Shown here: positions 39,268-52,778 of the stretch, one piece after another
Layout: each line of letters opens with the position of its first letter
Numbering within the stretch: the first letter of the stretch is position 1
Assembly: GCF_006345805.1 (NCBI RefSeq)
Contig: NC_043009.1
Coordinates: forward strand, 30,132,001-30,196,000
DNA length: 64,000 nt
Direction of reading: 5' to 3'
From: Octopus sinensis
Lineage: Eukaryota
Made by a program: the position numbers and the translations under genes
Notes under the pieces: generated by a model
What the model was told of the DNA's origin: nothing
Seen by the model: only the letters and a program-made list of their open reading frames with translations
The model's database searches: none

Positions 39268-40014
39268 CCTAAAACTACATAGCAACAACAGGTCATGTCA
39301 CTTTCTGATGGTTACTTTGAAATGGTTTAAAGAGGTTAAATGTGAAATAATTTTCTTTACCTAAGAATAAGCACCGAAACATCGATGTCTAACAGTTCTC
39401 CTGTGTAACCGTTGCTACTTTAAATAATCAAGCACCTGCGGCAATATTTAAACAAAAGAACCGTCAAATAAAGCAAAGTTGTTAATATAATTCCAGCTTT
39501 GTGAAGAATTTATGAATTCATTTGATTAAAATAAACCAAGTTTTTCAATTTTGTAGAAATATAATCAGCAGGATTTCTTACATTCATTAATTATTCATAT
39601 ACTTCATTTGGTGATGAAAAATCAGAAAACAAAGTGGGCAGTATATTCGTCTATCTGGTAATTACACTATGATATTTATTTATGTCTTTCTTCCGCCACC
39701 CCACCCACTCTACTTTATTATTTTCATTTTTCATCATCATAATCACCTCCTCCTCCTTCTTCTTATCCTTATTATTATTACTAAGGTGGGGAGCGGGAGG
39801 AATCGTTTGTAGACCGGCCAAAATGCTTTCTGGCATTTCGTCCGTATTTCCGTTCTGTGTTCAAATTCCTCCAAGGTCCACCTTGAGTTTCAGCCTTTGA
39901 AAAAAAAGGTATCGATCGAGCACGGCTGTCGTTGTAGTCGACTATCCCACACTTTCACAAATCCTGGCCTTGTTATCTTTCTTCTTCTTCTTCTTCTACT
40001 TCTTCTTCTTCTTC

Positions 40015-40075
<61 letters not shown>

Positions 40076-41324
40076 CATAAAATCGTGAATTAGATGAAAG
40101 AAGCTCCGCAAAATATATACGGAGCGTGATGTGATAGGAGTTACCGCCACAATCCCGTATTTCTCTGACGTATAAGCGACGTTGCCTTTGCCTCGTTCTC
40201 AACGTCAATTTATAAACGGAAAGACCTGAACCATTTATACATTCCAGATTATTACTCTTAACCATCTATTTTCAAATTCAGTGAAAGGAAGCATTAACCT
40301 TTCTACCCATGCCATGTTGATGAACAATTGGCCAACGGGCAAATTGTTCTGCTATAAAATCCTTCAAACGTATTTCACAAAACTGAATATACATATTCGT
40401 TCTCGTTACTGCTGCTGTCGAGATCATTCAGGAACGTTGGAAATATTCCAGTCTAAATGTGTTCCTTCGTATCATCAGTCTTGGCAGCCCTAGAAAGTCA
40501 TGTATGGACACCCACGACAAATATGCTTCGTCATCATTTCACCGATCTATTCCACGATAAACAATATTAGATACACTCCCATTTAATCGGATTTCAATTC
40601 GGAGGGAGTCAAAGAATGTTTAAAGCAATATCTTTTCCAGTTCGATTTTTCAATGAAACGTTACTCTCGTGTTGTTATTGCGCTACACTGCCCATCGCTC
40701 CTGTGAACTCTTTTCTAGCCTGCCTCGGATCAAATTTGAAACAGATACGACGTCAAATACATAAATCGTAACCTCAATTTAACAACAGATATCGTCTCCC
40801 ATATAGACTTTTACCACCAGGTTCCGAATCCATAGATGAATATCTTATCATTATGCCATGTTATGCCTTTGTATTACTCTAGAATGGCAACGATCAAACA
40901 TATTAATTCTGACCTACGCACAAAAAAGACATTTGAGGTAATGAACGCTCAACCGAATAGAAACTGGTACTTTCATAATATTTCGTGGGTTCCCATAACA
41001 TGTTATGTAAAGTTAGTATTGGTGGAATATAAGCGCACAACACCATGACATAAAAATATATTGTAAGACATTTCTGTTATCGGTCTAAGAATTCTAACAG
41101 CTTCATAAACTCAATAGCGCTCTAAAATTGTCTATGAGGTTGGCAATAAATCAGTCATCTCAAAGAACTGGTTAGTGCTTAACAAATCCAATTTAGTAAA
41201 AGGAACAAAACGATGTTGCAAAAAGGACATTGTGAATTTGGAAGCCGTATATTCAGTAGTATATAAAGAGTAAGGTAATACTAAAGGTAACATGTACGTG
41301 TGTACTTATATATAATATATATAT

Positions 41325-41357
<33 letters not shown>

Positions 41358-42896
41358 GTATGTATACATATGTGTATATGTATGTATACATATATATGTA
41401 TATATATATATACGAATTTTACAATGATCAGTTAAGTAGGATAATATAAATATGCGTATACATATAGACATATACACACACATTTATACATATACATACA
41501 TGACCACACACCCATACATACATACACACACATGTACATATATTTATATATAGAAAGATACTGAGAAAAACTGCTTGTGAGATGAAATTCATGAAAAATA
41601 TTTAGTTTAGAAAAAGGATAAAATGTAATAAAGTGGGTGTGGTGAGCACACACAGTAATCGAATGAGAGACAACATGTGACATAGCTCGATATTATACAT
41701 CCATGCTTTATCCAATCCTGGATCTTAATGAGATGTATATTTTTTTGCTGACACAACAAAGCTGATCAATGGTTTGATGACTCGAAAGAATTGTTAATTC
41801 GACTCTATTTGCAGCAGAAACTGGAGAACTGCAACTGATCCCCAAGAGAGAGTCGTCTTTACTGAATTGAATCTAATGGCTTCGCATAGATAAACAGGTA
41901 ATGATGTGTAGGGACAGAGATGAAGCTACTCGACTGTTAACGTATGCACTGTTAAATAAAATACTAAAATGTAATGTAACTTAGTACTTACATTGACAGA
42001 GGCCAGATGGCCTGGGAAGCGGGTATACAGCATTGCTAAAACGATCAAGCGTTTCTTGTCACAGTTTCTGCAGTCTGTCCATGTCAAATTAGCTATAATC
42101 AAATAATATATGGCTGTTGTTTTTGATATTTAACCCCATGTTGAGTAAACCTATAAACAAAACCACTACATCCTTGACAATCTCGTCTTAAATTGTTTGA
42201 AGGCCTATACTGCCAAATGTGACTTAATTGAATTGTGAGACAATATTCGGAGGGCAACATTTGCGATATATTTGGCTGCTGTTTAATGCAGTTTGATTTG
42301 CCATTATGAGGCTTCGTTGTGTGCACGATTACTTAGGTTCGAAACCACACGCTTACAATCATTATGAAACATTTTGGTTTCTGAATTATAGATATCTTGT
42401 AAATGTAATTTCTGGAGGCATTAATCGTGTGAAACGCAATCCACGAAAATGAAGTTCACAGTTGTGCTGTGGTACTGGGATCAAATGCGATATGATACAT
42501 GTTTTTGGTATTTTTTTAAACAAATACAGAAAGTAGTAAGGTTGTGCATATTCACAGCGCTAAAACAACAGGCATAGTCAACAAGCAAGTGTATTACTTT
42601 GACGGTCGAGAAAATGAGGAAGTATTTTACGTTTCGATCCTAAGCTCTTCAACACAAAGGAATAAAAAAAAACAGACAGAGAGATAATTAATAAAACTTC
42701 TACATTTTAGCGGCCCAACATAAACTTATATATGTCTGTGTGTGTGAGTGTGTGTGTGTATGTATGTATATATATATATGTATGCATATATATGTATATG
42801 TATGTATGTATATATATGTAGATATACATATATGTATACAGATATATATTTGTATATGCATATATATGTACATATATATACATATATATATATATG

Positions 42897-42930
<34 letters not shown>

Positions 42931-43519
42931 TGTATGTGTATATTGTGTATGACAGACGGAAGACGGTATATGCGAGTATTGTTTCGAGACATCTGGCATT
43001 GATCACTCATGGGTGGGAGCTTAACAACTGATCCAGGAGTATCCGGCGTTGCATATGTGTCTCATCAGGTGATAAATAGACGCTACTCGTTAAAATAATA
43101 GATCAGCAATACATATCCTCATTTCGTAGAAAGAAAAGAAGCAAAACGAAGGAATGATCTTCACTTATATAGAAGATCAAAGGTAAGATCACAGATGCAA
43201 AAAGAAACGAACACGCATGTACAGCGAGAAAAGTATTACAAATAACCATTAACATGTACGGATGTATAAACATCCTCGCACAAGCTGCATGGTGCGTGTA
43301 CACTCGCTCATACAAGCATCCGCGAAAATGTAAGCATACGCAGACATGTGTTTGGTGCACTCACTATCACACATCGAGTTAAATGGCTAATTAGTATTTT
43401 TAAGAAAGGGGGCGGTTAAACTTAAACTTAATTTATCCATATCTTAAATAAATTAAGTTAACAGTTACTCAAATTTATTCCCACTGCATAGTGCGAAAAT
43501 ACATTTATGTGCACACATA

Positions 43520-43590
43520 GAAAGGTAGATAGATAGATAGATAAATAGATAGACAGACAGATAGATAGATAGATAGACAGAAAGACAGAC

Positions 43591-43665
<75 letters not shown>

Positions 43666-43678
43666 CAGATAGACAGAC

Positions 43679-43729
<51 letters not shown>

Positions 43730-43835
43730 CAGATAGATAGATAGATAGATACATACATACATACATACATACATACATTCATACATAAATACATACATAC
43801 ATACATACATACATACATACATACATACATACATG
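43520..43835. repeat. (GATA/GACA)n followed by (CATA)n
   Basis: Visible directly. Confidence 0.95.
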
Positions 43836-44089
43836 CGAACATTCATGGAAGAGTGCACCTTTGATGCACGTCTGATGAAGTGGCCTTTATAATGTCGAAA
43901 ACTGAAAACATTACGTAAATTTTCATTTCGAATATGCCAGAAACTGGTATTGTAAGCAGAATTGGTAGAGAAACAATTTCAACTAATCAGTAAGGATATA
44001 TTAAATGGTTTCTCTGTTCTTTGTCTTTTTATTTGGACTTAGTGTGTGTGTATGTGTGTTAGTGTGTGTGTGTTTGTATGCACATACCC

Positions 44090-44350
44090 TACGTACATTC
44101 ACCCATCATTGTTCGACCGTGGTCGAGGCAATGGAATTTACCATGCTACGCCAGACTTCACGGTCCATCATGGCATTACGGAGGTCCTGTTGCTGGATGC
44201 CTGTATCCCTGGAGATTACATCAGGGTAGGAGAGTGTGCGCCCTCTGGTATTGCGAGTAGATGGCTTCCAGAGGAGAAGAGTAGAAATTACTTCTTTTTC
44301 AGCTCTACAACAATGTCCAGCAAACTGGACTCTCCTACCTTTCACAAGAG
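44090..44350 (-). mobile_element. RTE-clade LINE 3' end
   Basis: RRVQFAGHCCRAEKEVISTLLLWKPS...RGRTLSYPDVISRDTG...AMMDREVWRSMV, typical RTE ORF C-terminus. Confidence 0.85.
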
Positions 44351-44723
44351 ATGACACATACAGATATGCGTATATATACATAATGAGAAACGTGACGTAT
44401 TGACAGTTTACAATGTCTTCATTACGTGTAATGCAGTGTTTAAATTTAGATTATATTTACTAGTTACACAATGATGAGTTTAGAAAGAGGGAATTACTTA
44501 AGAGATTTACCGCAATCATTTCAAAATTTTTGCGTTAGACATGACGAATGACGATTCCATAGATTTAGAACATTAAAAGACAAAATATCTCTACAGTGCT
44601 GTTCATTATCTTCTTTCTTCTCTACTCAAACGATCAATTATGTTAGCAGTCTGATAACAGAATAAGTAATAGTGTATCACTCACACATACAAATACACAC
44701 ACACACACACACATAAATATATA

Positions 44724-44780
<57 letters not shown>

Positions 44781-44805
44781 TAATATATTTATACATATAT
44801 ATATG

Positions 44806-44837
<32 letters not shown>

Positions 44838-44864
44838 ATATATATATATTATATATATATATAT

Positions 44865-44963
<99 letters not shown>

Positions 44964-44971
44964 CATATTAA

Positions 44972-45192
44972 GGCGGCGAGCTGGCAGAAACGTTAGCACT
45001 CCGGGTGAAATGCGTGGCCGTATTTCGTCTGCCGTTACGTTCTGAGTTCTAATTCCGCCGAGGTCGACTTTGCCTTTCATCCTTTCGGGGTCGATAAATT
45101 AAGTACCAGTTGCGAACTGGGGTCGATGTAATCGACTTAATATTTTCGTCCTCTCTGTGTTTAGCCCCTGTGTTTAGCCCCTGTAAAGAAAT
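44972..45192 (+). mobile_element. SINE family M copy
   Basis: Full head and core; 13-bp slip duplication gtttagcccctgt near the 3' end. Confidence 0.9.
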
Positions 45193-45460
45193 ATATATAT
45201 ATATGTACATACATATATAAGATTTATTAGAAGCAATATCATGAGGTTTGGTAAAGGAAAGCTTAAAACAAGATATTAGCTGATAATTAAAGGGGTCGCC
45301 CACTAACAGACCATTGATGATGAAACGGGGGAGTCTAATCATATAGTATATATATTTTAAACAACGTTGCTATATTGTATACAATTAAAGTTTAGGGTTA
45401 TTCAAAGGCTTATTAAGAAATATTTAAACTTTTGGTATTCATAAATTTCTATCCTTTTGT

Positions 45461-45743
45461 GGTAGGATGTTGTTGGGAGGTGGGGAGGCGAGAGTGGGGA
45501 AAGCACGGGTGGTGTGCGGGTTAGGCTGAGGACTGGGGTAGAGTAGGGTATATGGGTAGGCAGAGGGTGGGGATAGAGGTGGGGTTTGTGGGTAGGTAGA
45601 AGGTAGGGGTAGAGGTGGGGTATGTGGAGAGGGTGTAAGGGATGGGACGGGGTGGGCTGGAAGGATACGGAAGGTGGAGTAGGAATGTGTAAGGATGGGG
45701 TGGGCCTATGGGAGGAGGGTTGACGATGAAGAGGGAAGGGAAA
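45461..45743 (+). repeat. G-rich minisatellite-like tract
   Basis: More than 15 GGG/GGGG runs; two roughly 36-bp related units. Confidence 0.8.
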
Positions 45744-45759
45744 GTGAATGTTTATATAT

Positions 45760-45836
<77 letters not shown>

Positions 45837-45981
45837 GCCGGCGTAGCTGGCTGGTAAGAAGGTTGCCTCCCAACCGCATGGTTCCGGGTTCAGTTCCACT
45901 GCGTGGCAACTTGGGCAAGTGTCTTCTACTATAGCCTTGGGCCGAGTGAATTTCGTGGAGGGGAACTGAAAGAAGCTCGTC

Positions 45982-46028
<47 letters not shown>

Positions 46029-46111
46029 CATATATATATATATACATATATATAAATATATATATATATATATGTGTATATGGAAAGACAGACAGATAGA
46101 TAGACATATAT

Positions 46112-46343
46112 TTTTCTTTACCACCCACAAGGGGCTAAACACAGAGAGAACAAACAAGGACAGACAAAGGGATTAAATCGATTACATCGACCCCTGTGCG
46201 TAACTGGTGCTTAATTTATCGACCCCGAAAGGATGAAAGGCAAAGTCGACCTTGGCGGAATTTGAACTCGGAACGTACGGCAGACGAAATACGGCTACGC
46301 TTTTCGCCCGGCGTGCTAACGATTCTGCCAGCTCGCCGCCTTT
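46112..46343 (-). mobile_element. SINE family M copy, inverted relative to 44972
   Basis: Near-consensus reverse-complement sequence. Confidence 0.9.
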
Positions 46344-46451
46344 AGACATATATATATATATGCATGTATATACATAGACATATATATATATATACACACA
46401 CATATATATATATATATTATATATATATATACATACATACATACATACATG

Positions 46452-46492
<41 letters not shown>

Positions 46493-47059
46493 ATGTATAT
46501 ATATATATACATGCATACACTTACACGCCTGTGTGTGTGAAATCTGTATCGTTATGTTGACAGATAGTATTTGGAATTATTCCCTATCATGATACTATAT
46601 ACTAATACGGTTGTTCTTAATAGACACATCACGAATGTCACAAGTGAAAAGGAATAAGTCAGGAGGTACCTTTTATGGTTTCTCTTCATGTTCTATCATC
46701 CTCTTCCACGCAAGCATCAATTTCAGTGACATTTACAAATTGGCATCATTTTAGTTGTCTTGTCCGTTGAGTATGACTGCAGCATGTATTGCATTTTTGA
46801 TGTAATGCAATGCAGTTTGCAGAATCTTTGATGTCCAATCACTTTTTTCAAATCACAGTCATTCGAATTTTCTCCATTAAGATAGCAGATCTTATTAACC
46901 AACCATAGGCTGTTTTTATTCCAGTTATCATTGTAAAAAAGATTGGCATATTGCGAAATAAAATCATTATGTACCATACTTGAAAAGCGCATTACTCACA
47001 TATATACGTATCACTCACTCACATAAACATACATGTACAGATATAAACATATATACACA

Positions 47060-47700
47060 CATAGCAGCCGCTTTATCGTATAAGACGAAAGTCATCGCTA
47101 ACAAGAATCACTGAAATGAGTCATTGATAATGCAATGTGAGGCTATTCTATGACGTTTGTAGCCCGGCCAAAGATTTGCAAATTCCATTGCATAATGCAT
47201 AGCTGCTCTGGCTGGCAGAAGGAACAAATGCCACAGTATGAATTCTTTGGAAATGCCTTTTCAATCCTCCACATTTTATATATGTTCTATTGTAACCAAT
47301 AACCGTATCCCAATGTTCAAGGGGTTGATGACTATGGCTTTTCTGATGATTGGCCAGGCCTTCATGGCTGAAACATTTCCTCCCACAAATCACACACGTA
47401 TAAAGCAACATTCCTTCATTTTCCTTAATTTCATTCTTTCCAAACCTTTGTCTTGATCTTCTCGTGCTTCATTCTTCCTCTTTCAGACTTTGGACAACTA
47501 CTGTGAACTCTTTTCCTCCATCCATTTCAGTCTTGTACCTCCCTCTCCCACTCAACAACTGAAACTTTTGTCTGTATCAGAGCAATTCTGCTGCAGTCCT
47601 TGAACCTCACTTGGGTTTATGTGATGGCCTCATAACATACTTCAGCTCATCATACAATAGCTGCATAGGAAGATTTTCATCGTTCATTCCCGTGTTTAAC
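47060..47700 (-). mobile_element. RTE-type LINE 3' remnant with C-terminal C2H2-like fingers
   Basis: MNDENLPMQLLYDEL (RLP.QLLYGEL-like) then CVICGRKCFSHEGLANHQKSH and LCNGICKSLAGL; ends in a microsatellite. Confidence 0.75.
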
Positions 47701-48984
47701 AAAGCCGTGGTGAAAGCAACCTACCAAGAAGAAAGGTAACTCTGAATTCAAATCTTTCACTGCTGTCTTTTGGTTAGCCTTTGATTGGGCAAAGACTTGG
47801 AGAAATACATTCTGATAGAAAACATGTCGACTTGTTCTTATTTTTGAATCATGCTTTGTAGTTTAGACAGTGGGAATAGATCTGTGCAAAACATACATAC
47901 ATACATTCTTACATAGATAAATACATATATAAAAATATGTGTGTATAATATATACGGATACATACAGATATATCACTGCAAAATATATACATAGTTACAT
48001 GCACACACACACAAAAACACACACACACACACACATTCACACGCACGCAACACGGACAGGAGAAAACAAAGACGGATCATTCGCCTCGTCTCATCAGTCA
48101 AGTTACCAAATTATCCTTACAGTTTCGGGCAGTTACACTTAAGACTGATCAAATCTGACTAGCCCCAAAATCTAAGATAAGAGCATTAAATTTGTTAGAA
48201 GAAAGCAAGTGAATGTGTACGACAGCAAAGACGAAAAAAACGGAGAACATGTTACACAATTACAAATACAAACACATAGACACACATACACATATGTATA
48301 TATATAATATAAAATATATACACGTATTTATATAATATACAATATATATATATACATGTATGTATATAATATACAATATATATATATACATGTATGTATA
48401 TAATATACAATATATATATACATCTAAACTACTTGTTGCATTTAAAACCTTAACTAATTATTTCAGCAAGTTACCGTTCGCACTTATGTTATGAATTAAT
48501 TCCGTGATGCTCCATAAAATTTTCTTAATACATGACGTTTACTTATATAGACTTAGAAATCTATACTATACAACTAGTGGTTTCACAAAACACCACGCTT
48601 TATGCAAGAATATATTATGGAAAAGTCATAATTTAAGGAAACACCATATATCTTATCGATATATTATATACAAGAACTGCAATTAAAATAAAAACTACAC
48701 ATATGGAAGTAACATTTTTTATGTAAACGCCATGTATTGACCACATTTCATCTAACTATCTCATATTGTCGATACATCAAATTTTCAGTGAGTGTCATAA
48801 ATTAGGAAGGTATACACCAGCGGGTAGAATTTTCTCGTCAGTGAAGTGTGGAATAGCTTATTGAAGAAATTTATGGTGTATGTTAGAAACTCAACAAATT
48901 ACAATCTCGAATAAGTATGAATATGTCATGTTAGTGGGAAAAATATAGTGTGCATTGGCACTCATCTGTACAAAATGATAGAAG

Positions 48985-49212
48985 TTCAGTTCTATATTTA
49001 AAAGATGAGGAATTATGTACATTATTTACATTTGACGATATTTGTCCTCATCTTGTTTAATGTTAACACAACGTTTCAACTGATACACACGCCAGCCTAC
49101 ATCAGGTATCTTGGGGAAATTTCCCCAAAACACCCGGAGGTTATATCAGTCGAAACGTTGTGTTAACAACAAACAAGATGAGGACAAATATCCGTCAAAT
49201 GTAAATAATGTA
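48985..49212. mobile_element. Penelope-like terminal remnant in inverted (tail-to-tail) arrangement
   Basis: Arms 49018-49085 and 49144-49212; same family as 6600-6651; hammerhead-like core on minus at 49065-49110. Confidence 0.6.
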
Positions 49213-49389
49213 AATGATGTAAATGATAGCAGTATTCTACAGAAAATACTAAAATATGCTTAGACATGGGTTTTGAGCGCACATCAGCTTTTGAGTGAAG
49301 GAAAGGAGTACGAAGTTGGTTTGGCAAAACTCTGAATGTATTGTGGACAGATTGCATTAATGGATTGAAAATGTACATGAAAACAACAA

Positions 49390-49850
49390 CATATGTAACG
49401 ATGATGATGATGATGATCATGAGGATGATGATGCTGATGATGATAGAAATGATGATGATAATGATGATGATGTAACAGAGGGAACAAGGCTTGTAGGCCA
49501 GAAATTGTTGTCAAGATAATGGAGAAAAAATACGTTCAAACCTTCTAACAGTGACATTGAGGGCGATGATTTTGAGGATGATTATGACATGATTAATCAT
49601 TGCAATGATTATCGTGGTGGCGATGATGACGAATATGATAATGATGATCGTGATACTGCTGCTGATGATGATGAGGAGGAGGAGGAGAATGAAGATGGTG
49701 ATGATGAGACTGATGATGATGATGTTGGTGGTGGTAGTGGTGGTGGAGCTGAATGGTGATTGTGGTGAATTTCGTGACATTTACGATGAGAACGATGACT
49801 ATAATGGCGATCACAACAATGATACTAGTAATGATGAAGATCATGATGGT
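49390..49850. repeat. Degenerate (GAT/GAG/GGT)n trinucleotide tract
   Basis: Visible directly. Confidence 0.9.
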
Positions 49851-50268
49851 GGGGGCGGAAGATCACCTAATTAATCCACAGACTGACATCCATATTTAAA
49901 GATATGTATTCTATATCATAATCTCATTGTCTTATCAACAAGATTTCATTCGTTTAATGAAAGCACAAACATCCCGGTGAATATCCCAAGGGAATCAATT
50001 GCTAGTTTGTGTAAAAGCTGGAAACGAATTTTAATATCCAGATAACATATGTGTGTCTCTATATATACATTCATCTACATATCAAATATAGACAGATACA
50101 TAGATGGATGGATGGATGGATAGATGGTTGGATGTATGAATGGATGATCTTGCTTCACAATCACATGCTTTTGGGTTCACTTCCACTGCGTGGAAACTTA
50201 GGTAAGTGTCTTCTACTATAGCCTCGAGCCGACCAAAGCATGTGAGTGGATTTGGTAGATAACCCATC

Positions 50269-50324
<56 letters not shown>

Positions 50325-50479
50325 GCTGTGAGTGTGTGTGGCCTGGCAATCCTGCTCATGAAATTATCTTGCGAGTAGCTGGCCCTCCCCTGCCACTCAT
50401 ACACACATGAATCATTAACATAGTTGTCTGGGAGATTCATCGTGTATACTCAGTATGTCACAAGTCTGAATCTTTGAAT

Positions 50480-50610
50480 TGCAAACTGAGAAAACTGGAG
50501 GATCGTAAATTACGTATCTTGCTCAAGGGCACAATACGCCCCTGGAAATCGAACTCGCGACCTTACGATCGTGTGCAGAAACTCCGACAAGTAAGCCACT
50601 CGCCATCGCG
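50480..50610 (-). mobile_element. Decayed tRNA-derived SINE fragment
   Basis: Minus strand GGTCGCGAGTTCGATTTCC B box followed by cccttgagcaag. Confidence 0.6.
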
Positions 50611-50703
50611 TATAAGAGTGTCTACCTTATCTATATTTATGCACCCCATATACATTTATTCATGCGCATTTCTCTCTCTCTATATATATATATATGTATA
50701 TAA

Positions 50704-50806
<103 letters not shown>

Positions 50807-50807
50807 C

Positions 50808-50838
<31 letters not shown>

Positions 50839-50861
50839 ATATACAACATATATATATATAT

Positions 50862-50905
<44 letters not shown>

Positions 50906-51659
50906 AATCCAAACGGGAAAACAAAAAAACAACAACAATGGAACAATTACAGTATTATTATTAATAGGCGCTCAGGAAATGGAAGCAGAAAGGTATGACG
51001 TTCGAGCGGAGCTCTTCGTCGGAAACATAAATAAAAGGAAGAGAGAGGAAAGAAAGATCCCAAAGCGGGCAACAGGGATAGAGAAAAAAAAACGACTGGT
51101 GTTTACGAGTTACACATGGTGAAAGGCGGAAGTTTACGATAACAAGAGCAAAGTAGGTTTTTAAGGCAAAAGAGTGGAGACAAGGTGGTAACGCAACAGA
51201 TGTGTGTGTATGTGTGAGTGTGTGCGTGTGCGTGTGTGTATGTGTGTGTGTGAGGCGAGATAAAAAAACAAAAAATATATGTATGTGTTAGTGTGTGCGT
51301 CTGTGTGTAGGCGTGTGAGGTAGGGCGAGACAGTGGTCGGCATAGCAGACAATGGTCAGTAGTAAGAAAAAGAAGGAAGGAGGAAGGGAGGGAGGGGAAG
51401 GGGTGGGGGCGTATGTAGCGTGCCAGCGTGTGTGGAGTAGTAGTGTGTGTGTGTGTCCAGTGTCGTGGTAGTATTAATGGCGAGTAGATTGAATGTGTGT
51501 AAGAGTAATGTATATATTTAAGCAATGTGTGTATATGTATATATATATATATATGTATGTATATGTATATAGGTTGCGTAAGATATTTGAGGACAGATTT
51601 ATGTTTATAAAAAAAACAACAGATATATAATAACACATAACTTTATTTATCAAAACACG

Positions 51660-52210
51660 CTATGCGGATAAAAATAAACCTTCTTTTCTACAATGTTATT
51701 CAATAGAGCCACCTTCAGCTTCAACAACGCTCGACATGTACAATGGATTGTTACCTGAGAAATTAGGACGCCAAATGTTAGGGGTTATGTGATCGTGAAA
51801 ATTTTCAGCCATCCATTCCTGTATTACTAGAGCCATGTCTGATAGTGCAGAGGCTTACTGAAATACATATGGCCTTCATTGCATACACTCTCTATCATTG
51901 GCTTAACAATTGTTTCCAGGACCTCAATGTAGGCGGTAGAGTTAACTTTTATGTCTTGTAGAAAGAGGTAAGAAGGCATTACATGTCCTTAATTGTTGAC
52001 AACCCCTAAAACCATGATAGTTGCAGGAAATTTTGTATGCATAACACTTGGAACTTCAGAAGAATCTGCACATATCCATCTGTCATTCTTTTCTGTTAAC
52101 TTTTTGATCTTGGTCGAAGTTTTTCTCGTTTTAGAAAAACAAAATTAAATCTTCTTCTGCTGGATTTTTCATGTGTTAACATGTACCTCGTTGTGACGAT
52201 GTAAACTTTT
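51660..52210 (-). mobile_element. Tc1/mariner (maT-like) transposase remnant
   Basis: VNSTAYIEVLETIVKPMIESVC, YVFQ*ASA (QQDSAP-like), QEWMAENFHDHITPNIWRPNFSGNNPLY (WPPNSPDLNPLDY-like). Confidence 0.8.
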
Positions 52211-52712
52211 ATTTAATCAAGAAATCCGACGCCTGAAGAGTTGCCTGCGGTATATACCTGGCTTGGATATTTACCACTTTCGAGGTTCCGCATTCTGTGA
52301 AGCATACGTAACCCGGATCTTATCTACTCCATTCCGTAACTCTTGTATTCTTATTCGCACACCAGGCAACGCTGGTCGCCTACTGTGAAATATGAAAAGA
52401 GCTTTTCTCAGTTTATGGTAGTTCGATACGAAAAACACCTGCAACTTGCCGTCTCAATAAACTACTATCGTCCCTAAAAGTTGTTTTTATATTTAATACG
52501 GATTGCTTGAGGTTAAATTTCTCCCTACATCTTGATCCATGGATTATATATATATATATATAGGTGTGCGTGTGTGCGTGTGTATGTGTGAGTGTGTGTG
52601 TGTGTGTGAGTGTTTGTATGTGTGTATGTGTGTATGTGTGAGTGTTTGTGTGTGTATGTATATGAATGTATATATATGAATATATATATATGTATATATA
52701 TATATATATGTG

Positions 52713-52778
<66 letters not shown>

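Noticed and set aside
45402-46157. 251-aa minus ORF, the longest in the track
   Set aside because: Concatenation of SINE M, SINE T, (TA)n and the G-rich tract
46723-46992. 89-aa minus ORF, and similar 60-90 aa unique ORFs at 13721, 35366, 56586 and 61360
   Set aside because: No recognisable motif or partner exon; several ORFs of this length are expected by chance across six frames
47148-47411. C2H2 zinc-finger-like ORF suggesting a cephalopod ZNF gene
   Set aside because: No TGEKP linkers; contiguous with RTE-type LINE C-terminal motifs and ends in a microsatellite tail
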